Shown here: positions 1 through 11,589 of the stretch, piece by piece
Position numbering within the stretch: position 1 is the first letter of the stretch
Layout: each line of letters starts with the position of its first letter
NCBI RefSeq assembly: GCF_000181795.1
Contig: NW_003526941.1
Coordinates: 2,507,700 to 2,571,699, forward strand
From: Trichinella spiralis
Lineage: Eukaryota
Direction of reading: 5' to 3'
Length of the DNA: 64,000 bases
The notes under the pieces: generated by a model
What the model was told of the DNA's origin: nothing
Databases searched by the model: none
Seen by the model: only the letters and a program-made list of their open reading frames with translations
Position numbers and translations under genes: made by a program

Positions 1-2057
1 TTTCCTCTTCAGTTCCTCAGTGTTAAATAATATATACATATTTATTTATTTATTTACTTACGCACAGTTTCTATGTCTGACCAGGACGTTACGTTGTTTG
101 TTTCATTATTCGCCCGTGAAATAGTTTCTTTTGTTTGTTTCTCACAGATGCAATAAACTAAAATTGAGGCGAAATCGTCATTTATTATTATTATTAATAT
201 TTACGTAAGCTAAAGAAACTACTTGACTTGTCCAGAGACTTACTTCACTACACGCTACACGAAAACCACAGCACACCTTCAGCAAAGTTGAGAAGCTTAA
301 AAGAAAATTAAAAAAAAATTGACGATAAAAGCAAAAGAAAATAACATTAAATGTTTTTTTCCAGCTTAGCTTCACAGTTTTTTGTTCAATTTATTCACGC
401 TGTCAAACAAACAGCTTGTGTTTCAAATTATCATTTATCAAATGCTGCTAATCAATCGTGTCGTCCGTCACCCAGTGCGTTTGTGAGCACGCTGGACGAG
501 TTGCAGTTTGGAATTTTGACGGTCGCTTGTAGGTTGAATGCTGGAATATGGCTGCTCTTTGGTACCGTGCAACATCAACGTCCACCGATTGATCCACCCT
601 GCTTGTCTGTTGGGTCCCTGAAGTTTGGAAAGATAATGGTACAAACATCACAGTTATTTAAGAAAAAAAATACCGCCTTACTTGGAATCGAACTACAAGA
701 CGCCACGTTCCAGACGAACCCTCTCCCCATGTATGCGTAGTCATGAACGGCCAGTTGGTGAAACCGTCGGTATGGTCGTCGTCTTTCGGTCGACGGCTCA
801 ATATCATCGACTGGGTGCCGGCCGGGCTGATCAAGTACAACGTCACGTCACCACGCCGAGTGCTGTTCAAACTGACCACTGCCTGGACATGTTCCAAATA
901 GTTCACCTCAGTTTCTGTACCACGGCACGCGTTCGTGTCAATTTCCAACACCAAAGTTCCACTGGATGGAATTCGACTGGAAAACAAAACGGAAAAATCA
1001 AATGCACGAAAACATCTCAAAAATAAAAATGCTTTCAAATTAACTGAGGTTCCCAAATGCTGCCAGCGTCGCAGTGGAATCTAGCCGGAACCGTCTGCCA
1101 CGCTTTGGCCAATATGACCATCTCGGCTGCATCCAGAACACCAAAACCGAACAAATGATTGAATTCCAATCCCACGCCATTCACTTGCCATTCAAAATGA
1201 CTGCAGTTCTAAAAGTTGAACTTTCAAAATGGATAAAATTCAACACCCTCATCCCTTATTATTTATCACACATTCATCATACATAGTTACAACGTACGAA
1301 ATGAGAAAAGCAATCACAAAAGCTTGTGCATCACTTGAGAAAAGTTAAACAGCTGACAATAATAAATAAACAGATATAGATATATACGGAAATTTAAATA
1401 AATTCACTTACATCCCGACTAGAACGATGCATTTTACGAACACCTGGTATGCGCAAATCAACAATTTCTCGACAACGACCATCAAATAAAGAATTTCGAT
1501 TGGACGTAAGTACAGTGAGATGTTGCAAATCGCGCCAAGTCAATTTTGGACTAAATAATTTTTCATTTTCATAAAGTAACGAAGCAACAGCTAAAGTTAC
1601 TTTGCTTCTAAAGCTAAAGCAAACACGCCCGCAGCTTCCGGTGCAGCGGCCGACGTCCCACTGTGACTTTTAGTACATTGGCCGTATAAATCGGTGGTGG
1701 TGACGCCAGTTTCACGGTTCTTTCCACCGTTGCTAAAAGTCGATGCCAGTGTGGAGCTGCAACTTTCGTCGTAGTGGGCATTTTCGCCATTATTAATGGC
1801 AGAATTGATGGATATTGTCCACATGCTTGATGCGTAGCCGTCGCAATTGCAATCGTCGTCTTCGCCACCATCGCCAGATGCCCAAACAAAAATATTACCC
1901 AAACCGTGCCGACCCTGAATCAAAAAAGAACAAAAATACCAATTGGAAATTATTGATAAAAAATAATATAATCTAACTTCATTCACGCCTTTAAACAATG
2001 GGCACGCATGGGGGTTGCGTGACATCACAGTTCGACCATCATCCGTTGGTCCCCAAC
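1..2057. repeat. Direct duplication of 3072-~5143 (about 2 kb)
   Basis: Position 1 aligns to 3072. The differences are a few SNPs (130 T/3201 G; 889 A/3966 G, synonymous) and length changes in TTA and TA microsatellites. Confidence 0.95.
468..2057 (-). other. egl-3: Partial duplicate of the PC2/egl-3 3' exons (truncated at the assembly gap)
   Basis: Near-identical to 3545-~5143. Stop codon at 468-470. Indels and substitutions cluster at ~1920-2040, just before the N run. Confidence 0.9.
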
Positions 2058-2067
2058 NNNNNNNNNN
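2058..2067. other. Assembly gap (10 N)
   Basis: Run of ten n characters. Confidence 1.
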
Positions 2068-2999
2068 GTAGCGGTGCGATTTCAAGACAAAAGTTTCGAG
2101 GCGACAGTCTCAGCAAAGGCATTCTTATCCTTCTTTTACGTTTGTGAACTTGTAATATCCAAAGCGTTGTCGTAACATGTCAACGCTGTTCGATGCAATA
2201 TGCAGTGTATTAGATGACATCGTCTAATATGAGGTCTAGAAGGGGATGAAGATCCGGTAATATGAGAAGGTGTAAGATCAGCTCCGGCCAGGGTGCATCA
2301 GGCAGTCGTCCGAATAGTTTTCTCAGGCGGTGTCATGTATAAACGGATCCAGATGAATCAGTTGGGGAGTGTCGAAATTTCGTCTCGCCATCAATAGTTG
2401 GTGGAAATCAGGAGTACGACATTCGCAAAGAGCCTGTTGTATGCCGTAGATATGCCAGCAACAAGCCAACATGATGCGATCGTCGTCAATGTCGAACAAT
2501 TTGGACAAGAAGAACAATTTGGTAGTGGTTGTTGGCAATCAGCAGGAACAGAATTCGGAAATTGAAAGTAAAGAGATCATCATGCAGCTGATGAAACCGT
2601 CGTCGATCAACATGGATATTGTGGAAGATGGGAATTCAAAGATTTGGATACCAAAAAGCAAATCATCCTTCAGCAGATCAATCCGGAAGGACGATCCCGG
2701 CCAGTGAAGTTGGGTTCTGTATACGCCCCAGTGTGAATTTCATTCGAGAGCATCGCAAAGGGCATGTGCGTAGCAAAATTCAAGAATTCACCGACAGAGA
2801 ATCCCGTTTGGAATTTGTCGGCGAAGAAGCGGATTCCTCTTCAGTAATTGGTCAATCGCCGGCCGAAGTGTCCAAACGTGCTACTGCTACTACTACTACT
2901 ACTTCCAAGCCGACTGCAACTCGTAAGCCGTCGTCGACATCTGGCAACAACAACAACAAAGGTTGCTCGTTGAACATTAAATTTTCTGCTTGTTTTTAA
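2068..2999 (+). CDS. Probable 3' end of an unidentified plus-strand gene, frameshifted near the contig start
   Basis: More GC-rich and coding-like than the flanks. Overlapping ORFs 2471-2707 and 2619-2999 end in a Thr/Ser/Asn-rich tail and a TAA, followed by AT-rich UTR-like sequence converging on PC2. No recognisable domain. Confidence 0.4.
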
Positions 3000-3544
3000 A
3001 CGTTTTTCCATTCCTTATATTTTACATTACTTATTTATCATCATCACAATCAGTCAGCAGTGATTGGAACGTTTCCTCTTCAGTTCCTCAGTGTTAAATA
3101 ATATATACATATTTATTTATTTATTTACTTACGCACAGTTTCTATGTCTGACCAGGACGTTACGTTGTTTGTTTCATTATTCGCCCGTGAAATAGTTTCT
3201 GTTGTTTGTTTCTCACAGATGCAATAAACTAAAATTGAGGCGAAATCGTCATTTATTATTATTATTATTATTAATATTTACGTAAGCTAAAGAAACTACT
3301 TGACTTGTCCAGAGACTTACTTCACTACACGCTACACGAAAACCACAGCACACCTTCAGCAAAGTTGAGAAGCTTAAAAGAAAATTAAAAAAAAATTGAC
3401 GATAAAAGCAAAAGAAAATAACATTAAATGTTTTTTTCCAGCTTAGCTTCACAGTTTTTTGTTCAATTTATTCACGCTGTCAAACAAACAGCTTGTGTTT
3501 CAAATTATCATTTATCAAATGCTGCTAATCAATCGTGTCGTCCG

Positions 3545-6500
3545 TCACCCAGTGCGTTTGTGAGCACGCTGGACGAGTTGCAGTTTGGAATTTTGACGGT
3601 CGCTTGTAGGTTGAATGCTGGAATATGGCTGCTCTTTGGTACCGTGCAACATCAACGTCCACCGATTGATCCACCCTGCTTGTCTGTTGGGTCCCTGAAG
3701 TTTGGAAAGATAATGGTACAAACATCACAGTTATTTAAGAAAAAAAATACCGCCTTACTTGGAATCGAACTACAAGACGCCACGTTCCAGACGAACCCTC
3801 TCCCCATGTATGCGTAGTCATGAACGGCCAGTTGGTGAAACCGTCGGTATGGTCGTCGTCTTTCGGTCGACGGCTCAATATCATCGACTGGGTGCCGGCC
3901 GGGCTGATCAAGTACAACGTCACGTCACCACGCCGAGTGCTGTTCAAACTGACCACTGCCTGGACGTGTTCCAAATAGTTCACCTCAGTTTCTGTACCAC
4001 GGCACGCGTTCGTGTCAATTTCCAACACCAAAGTTCCACTGGATGGAATTCGACTGGAAAACAAAACGGAAAAATCAAATGCACGAAAACATCTCAAAAA
4101 TAAAAATGCTTTCAAATTAACTGAGGTTCCCAAATGCTGCCAGCGTCGCAGTGGAATCTAGCCGGAACCGTCTGCCACGCTTTGGCCAATATGACCATCT
4201 CGGCTGCATCCAGAACACCAAAACCGAACAAATGATTGAATTCCAATCCCACGCCATTCACTTGCCATTCAAAATGACTGCAGTTCTAAAAGTTGAACTT
4301 TCAAAATGGATAAAATTCAACACCCTCATCCCTTATTATTTATCACACATTCATCATACATAGTTACAACGTACGAAATGAGAAAAGCAATCACAAAAGC
4401 TTGTGCATCACTTGAGAAAAGTTAAACAACTGACAATAATAAATAAAGAGATATATATATATATATACGGAAATTTAAATAAATTCACTTACATCCCGAC
4501 TAGAACGATGCATTTTACGAACACCTGGTATGCGCAAATCAACAATTTCTCGACAACGACCATCAAATAAAGAATTTCGATTGGACGTAAGTACAGTGAG
4601 ATGTTGCAAATCGCGCCAAGTCAATTTTGGACTAAATAATTTTTCATTTTCATAAAGTAACGAAGCAACAGCTAAAGTTACTTTGCTTCTAAAGCTAAAG
4701 CAAACACGCCCGCAGCTTCCGGTGCAGCGGCCGACGTCCCACTGTGACTTTTAGTACATTGGCCGTATAAATCGGTGGTGGTGACGCCAGTTTCACGGTT
4801 CTTTCCACCGTTGCTAAAAGTCGATGCCAGTGTGGAGCTGCAACTTTCGTCGTAGTGGGCATTTTCGCCATTATTAATGGCAGAATTGATGGATATTGTC
4901 CACATGCTTGATGCGTAGCCGTCGCAATTGCAATCGTCGTCTTCGCCACCATCGCCAGATGCCCAAACAAAAATATTACCCAAACCGTGCCGACCCTGAA
5001 TCAGAAAAAGAACAAAAATACCAATTGAAATTATTGATAATAAAATAAATATAATCTAACTTCATTCACGCCTTTAACAATGGCACGCATGGTGGCGTTG
5101 CGTGGACCATCAACAGTTCGACCATCATCCGTTGGTCCCCAACTGGCGGAATAGATGTCAATCAAATTTGGCTCGTGACTCATTGAATTCGCTTCAATCA
5201 AATCTGTCATGTACGGTTGATCCAACATTCGAATGCCTTGAATTATGAATTGCAATGGAATACTTGGTACAATTTCAAAAATAACAACAACAAATCCAAT
5301 GCAATATTAATTATTCATTGCAATTTTACCGGCTATTTTAGAATTATACGCTACTCCAACACCACAAACCCCATTTCCACGGATGGCGGCAATTTCCCCT
5401 GCGCAACGGGTGCCATGACTGTTAAACCAATCGTCAGTATAACGTGGATAAGGATACGGATCATTCCCACTGAAATCATAACTAGCGGCTACATTCTGTT
5501 AAAAAACAAACACGATATATTATTTTACGTTCCAAACCAAAATATAACAAATGAAAAATAAAAGTTCATTACAAAGTTGTCTTTTAAATCTGGATGCATG
5601 TAATCAACCCCTAAAAGATTTAAATTTCTAAACGTTTAAAAATTTCCAAATGTTAAATAATTACAATCGTCTACCGTCATCCATTATAGCTGTGGTCACG
5701 TTCTTTCCAGTATAACCCAACGCCCATGCTTTTTCTACGTTCAGATCGAGATTCGGCTTTCCGCCCCATTGACCTGTGTTTTTCTGAAACAGAAAAAATA
5801 ATCATAATACACGAGAGGAGCATAATTTCATTGTACTTACCAAATACCACTGGTATGGGTACAATGGATCAGTGGGACTTTCCATTGGAGGAAAGAGATC
5901 TTCCGACTGCGCACTTTTCTGTTCAAAATTTCTGAATCCTCGCTTCGCACGTTTAAAGCCCACTTGTTGAACAACATGACGTACTTCCGGATCTCGAGCA
6001 AGCTTCCGATGATGAAAAATACTTCGCTTCTTCCGAATGTTAGGCAAAGACGGTTGGATAAAGTGCCATTCATTTGAAGATCTCAGTACCTAAAATTAAA
6101 AAGAAATTATTTTTGAATTATCAGATTTTTCACCTTTCAGACACACTTTTTTAGCGCAATACTTCAAGTTATGCATAACTGTGTTTTTTTGTTAAAATTT
6201 ATTATACATTTTTAAAACTTGATTTTAATTCATACTGTACTTCAGCACAAAATATCACTATGTGCTGAGTTATAAAAAAATTATTATAATGAAGCGAAAA
6301 TTAAACAGCGTCATGGTGAAGTACAAGTGGTACAAAAATGAGGATATTTAAAAGAAAAAGATGCTTTGAAAATTCACCAACACAGTTAAAAACTGTTGAT
6401 AAACGGAAAAGGATGCAATGAAGATGTTTAAAATCGATAAAACGAAGTTCCTCCAAAACAGCATCACCGACTAACGTGCAGAAAGAATTAGTCGACATGT

Positions 6501-7208
6501 TTGAACATCAATAGTTCGAAAATGCTATTCTTCTATCGATTCAGCCATATGCTTCCGTTTTTGTTGGAACAGCTAATTAATTATTATCATGCAGAATGTT
6601 AGGCGTGTTGAATTGCTCGAGGCGTTTTCCAAACAACGGAAAGTTGTAATTATTTTCAAAATCATTTTCTGCACCATTCTTTATCAACAGATTGCAATTA
6701 GTGCATTGGGAACGTTAATGAAGAAAGTGAAAAACATCAAAAACTGTCTACATTTTAAAGTGACTATTTGAACTTAAAAAACACACACACACACACACAC
6801 ATTATATTCACAAATACATTTATATATCGTGTAGTTGTTTAAAAAACTGAAATAATATAAAATTTCCAAAATGAATTTTAAAAATAAAAACAAAATCGCT
6901 TTTATCAGTGATAAATTGATTTGCTTTTTTAGCAAACAAAATGAACAATCAATAAAATACATTGTGCTAAATTGCGCAATTCAAATTTCATTGGTGAAAA
7001 AAACCTCTCAAATCACATTCATTCATCTTTGATTATGACAATTTTTTGTCATAAAAGCATCACTAAGCACAAGATAGAGAACATAAAATGAAAATCGTTT
7101 CGTTATTGTTCGAGAAAACTTTTAAAAATGCATTAATGAATGAATATTTAAAAGTAAAAAAAGAAAATAAATTATTCAAGTATTCAAGTGGAAAAAACTA
7201 ACCTACAC

Positions 7209-7246
<38 letters not shown>

Positions 7247-8650
7247 TTATCTGTCGTCTTTCGTGATTAGCAGAGAGAAAATGAAGGCGTTGTCATTTGC
7301 CAAAGATTTGTGAGTAGCATAATGTTCAGACAACAAGCTTTTTACAAAATAATGTTTGTAGAAACAATTCCAAGTCTACCAAATAAATTTCGAATTATCG
7401 ACTGATAATAACAAACAATTTCATCGAATTAAAATTGAAAAAGCATTTGAAATTCAACTATTCGTTTCTTTCACCAATTTTCTTTTTCCAACACATTAAC
7501 ATAAACCTTTGAACATGGCTATGCATTTCCAGTATTGAAAATTTTAACTTTACACAAACTTCACTTTTGCTATTATTGATGAAATTCATTCAAATTAATA
7601 TATATAAACACAGTTCACTTATGACTGTTACTATCTGAAAGAGCTTACAGAGCAAATAAAAAGAAAAAGCAAAAAGACCCAACTGAAGTAATAATATTGC
7701 AATGTGATAGAATCGAAATTTGCCTAAAGTGGATATAAATAAATGAAAATTTTCATTACTGAAGCTTCATTGCACAAGACTCTGTTTGTGATTAAATTTC
7801 ACCAATTTCAACGCCGAATCACTGTTCTAAACATTATTTATCGATTATTGCCATGCGCAACCGTCGCTTTCAACCATTGCACTCAAACAAAAGTGAACTT
7901 GTTTACCCTTGCCAAAATCTATGCATGAAACAAGTCACACAGTACTTTGAGTGTTGAAGAATCATTTTTTCTTATGTTTTTTATAAATTTAAAACTTTCA
8001 ACATAGTATCTCACTTTCAGCTGTACTTGATTATCACTTGGTTGTTATTTCATTAATAACCAGTTTGAACTTTTACTTCCTTGTATACAAGTTAGTATAA
8101 AATTTGAAAGGAGCAAAGAAAACTTTTCATTTTCCGTTTAAAAAGTCGACTTGTGCATTTCAACAGAATGTCTGCCTTGGACAATTGATAATATTAGAAT
8201 ATGTTTTTGTGCCATGGATTGATTCAATAGAAAAAGTACATTGCGACACTTTTTCGCAATATCATCACTACCAAGGCAAAATGGATGAATATTGAACCGA
8301 AAATGAAGCAGAAAAATCACAATCAGCACGCTTTGAATTCAGTCAAAATGCAAAAACGAAATTAATAAATAAGAAAAATCATATATATCAATAAAAGGTA
8401 GAAAATTAAAAAACAAACACGATTAATTATAAATGAAAAAAAATATAAGCAAACAAATTGCAATATTTACCGGTCCAACGTTGATGAAGCCGTGCCGTTT
8501 AGCGAGTCGATGAGCGGCCTCTTGACCACCGCTGTGAAGATGGACATGAAAGGAATTGGTGTAGAAAGCGTTGCCGGCGCCGGCGCCCTTGGCAATCCAG
8601 GGCGGGTGTGCGCAGAACAGGAACAATTGGAATGAGAAAAATAAGCGCAT
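3545..8650 (-). CDS. egl-3: Prohormone/neuroendocrine convertase 2 (subtilisin-like S8 protease + P domain), 11 coding exons
   Basis: Approximate spliced exons: 8650-8471 (signal peptide [14 protein letters not shown], prodomain start), 6089-5841 (RKKR and KRAKR cleavage sites), 5783-5675 (TTAIMDDG, catalytic Asp), 5610-5573, 5495-5330 ([10 protein letters not shown], His), 5238-5061, 4995-4682 (WASGDGG with the PC2-specific oxyanion Asp; HSGTSAAAP, Ser), 4631-4493, 4286-4122, 4053-3759 (P domain, RRGD), 3694-3545 (stop TGA). All junctions read GT-AG in frame. Confidence 0.96.
7209..7245. repeat. (TCTG)n microsatellite in PC2 intron 1
   Basis: Tandem gtct units are visible. Confidence 0.95.
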
Positions 8651-9661
8651 CACCGGGCCGATTGAGGCGCGCGATCGTTCGGCTTGCCCTTAGTCCATTG
8701 TCGGGCAGGGCTTCTGTCAGGGAACGGTTCCAAAACGACGGTCAAAGGAAGTGAAGCTGGCCGCAACGTCTACTGCGGCAGATCGAATTTTTGTCTACGT
8801 TGCTGATAGCAGCGTCACTTTGGCCATGCTTCTCTACTTTCATCCATGGTTGGCAACAACACGCCCACGCTCACTGGCTGATCATAATTACGCACTTCCA
8901 ATCAATAACCGCATCATCCAACGGCCAGCTTTTCTCCATAGCACACATAAACACCACTAACAACACTGCACAACTTTCCGTTCACATATGCAAAACGCCG
9001 TTGTCTTAAGCAAAATGAAAACCAAATCCAATTACTGTAACAAACGAAACTTTCAATTGTACATTTTACAAATTTGATGTACATTCAAAAAAAAGAAAAT
9101 GTAAGTATGAAAAACAAAAAATGTTCTGTTTTGCAAATAAAAGTCGATCAAGTCAAGCAAAACGCATGAAATGTTGCAGTTCAGAAATTCATTTTAATTA
9201 AAATATTTATCCATAATGAAATATTCAACTTTTCAACACTTCACTCGACACACTCTGACATCATACTGTAATCAATAAGTTGTGCAATAATTGTACAGGT
9301 AAATAGAACCTGATTAAAAATAACGGGTTGATTTTTTTAAAAATAAATTATAAATTAAAAAAAATTTAAATTAAAATTTTAACATTTTTTGGTTTTCTAT
9401 CAATCGAAGACCAAAAATTCAAATGCAAAGTTTATTATTTGGATAAAAATACGAGGAGATTTTCCATTTTTTATTCTTTATCTTTTTTTTCAATATAAAT
9501 AAATTTGATTTTTTGAAATTTTTATATTTTAATCGACTCGTCAGAGCTGTTTGTTATCGAATCGATGTCGTCAAAAGCTAAAACACACCTGACAGATAAT
9601 GACCGAAAATTAACTTCCGCTTGCGACTTTTTACCAAATAAATAAAAGCCCATCGATTAGC

Positions 9662-9669
9662 TGACGTCA
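9662..9669. promoter_or_regulatory. Perfect CRE palindrome TGACGTCA about 1 kb upstream of the PC2 ATG
   Basis: Exact motif match only; function is not shown. Confidence 0.25.
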
Positions 9670-11589
9670 TTTTTCACTTTTTGATGAAAAATTAAAAAAA
9701 AGAATGATATAATAAAAATATTTGAATTTTGAAGATGCTTTTGTTAATTTTTTTTTCTTCACTATTCGGATGTGAATTTTTTGCGTGCGATTGTGATGAT
9801 ATTGCTTGGTTTAATTTTGCATCCAGTTGAAAAGGAAAGAAAAAAATTGAAGCATTTTTTTCTTGAAAGGGTTTTAATTACGATGAGAAATTAAATTACA
9901 AACAGACTGTGAATTCGAAAAAAGCTGCTGCTTTCTCTGGCTTGTTGATAATTGCCGCTTTGCTAGCTTTCAGCTTCAAGCTTCAATCAAGTAAGACTTG
10001 GCTTTTTTGACTGCGATTCAAAATCGACGTTCAAAATTTTCCATCTCGAATTCAACAACAACTACAGTTTCATAATTTGTCTATGAATATGATTGATTCA
10101 CTGACTGAATAGGAATAGTCAGTTGTATCACTTTCCTGTGAGGTTTATTATGTTTGTTTGTGAAAAGGTGAAATGCGACGACGCTCGGATCCAACCATGT
10201 TCATCAACATCAGGAAAATCGAATTTGAAAACTAATTATCAGTACCATTTTTATCCAATTAGTAAAAGCTTGTTCTTCGTTGAACAACGGTTTGCATCTT
10301 ACGACCGTTTGAATATATTTCTTCAGTTTAATAAAACATTTTCCCAAAATAATTGCCATTTTGAAGTGAATAAAAATAACCGCGTTCTTGTTTTCTTCTG
10401 TCTGCGACTATAAAACATCGCCAGTAAATAATGGACCAACTATCAATGGCGAACGTTTAGAAAACAGTTTGAAAATGGCAAACGTGAAAAATCAATTTCC
10501 ATAATGAGCGAACAGTTTTCGCACCAACCAAACTGCTCATAAAAACAACTGCTTCAAACATTAAACAAGTCGTTTAATTCACTGAATATTTCAGTTCAAA
10601 AAAGGACCTTTCAAAATCTTCCAAATTGCCTTCTTGTACATTCGATGTTAAGTGAAGTTCATTAACATTAAAAGAAAATCAAACAATCCACATCCCTGCA
10701 TTGTCAGTGTTCATTAAAAGTTTTAAATATAAATTGTTTTAAACAAACAATAATGCACCGATTAAAAAATCAATTAATCCATACAGTAATAATGAACCCT
10801 GGCAGTTTAGATTAGGAAAAAAATGCATGCACTTCATGCTGTTCAGGAATAGTGAATAACTGATGGGTAGATTGTATGTACTTTTGGTGTAATTTTCACC
10901 AGCATTACCATTTTAAAACATCAATAAATAATTAAATTGTTGGTAAAAAATTTTAAAATCACAACAATAAATAAAGTTTCAAATTATCATCATTATCTTC
11001 AAGCAGTCTTATTACTACTTAGAGTTACGCATAGTTATTTACTTATAGTTGACTTCTCTGCTAGCACACCCAGTTTTGCAATGATGCGATGAAGTGAATG
11101 CGATAAATTTCAATTCTATTCGTTAAATTAATAAATACGAAACTGTTTCAAATACACAAATGACAACAATTTACGCGCATTGAAGTAATTAATTGCACAA
11201 CTAATTAAAGCGCAATTATCAATTAATCAATGATCATAATAATACTAATAATAATAATGTACATGATAATAAATTATTTATTAATCTTAAAATAGTTTTA
11301 TTGTTAAAAAGTATTTTTTGCTCAGTTTCACTTTGGAAAATAGTAGTGGAACAAAAAATTTTTTCCATTTACATTTGTTGTTAATTTTAATTCTTCATTA
11401 TTGAACTTTTTCCTTACAGTACACCATTATACAGTATGCAGAGCGGAAAAAAAGATTTAAAACACAAAATACAATATCGTATTTATTGAAGTACAAAAAA
11501 ATAGTACAAAAATGAATAATTATACAAAAGAAGAGGAAGAACAGAAAACAATTTCAGTTTTAGACAGAGTGAGATAAAAGTGAAAAATA

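Noticed and set aside
10503..10541. Small hairpin ATGAGC...AGTTT...AAACT-GCTCAT
   Set aside because: Short and imperfect; expected by chance.
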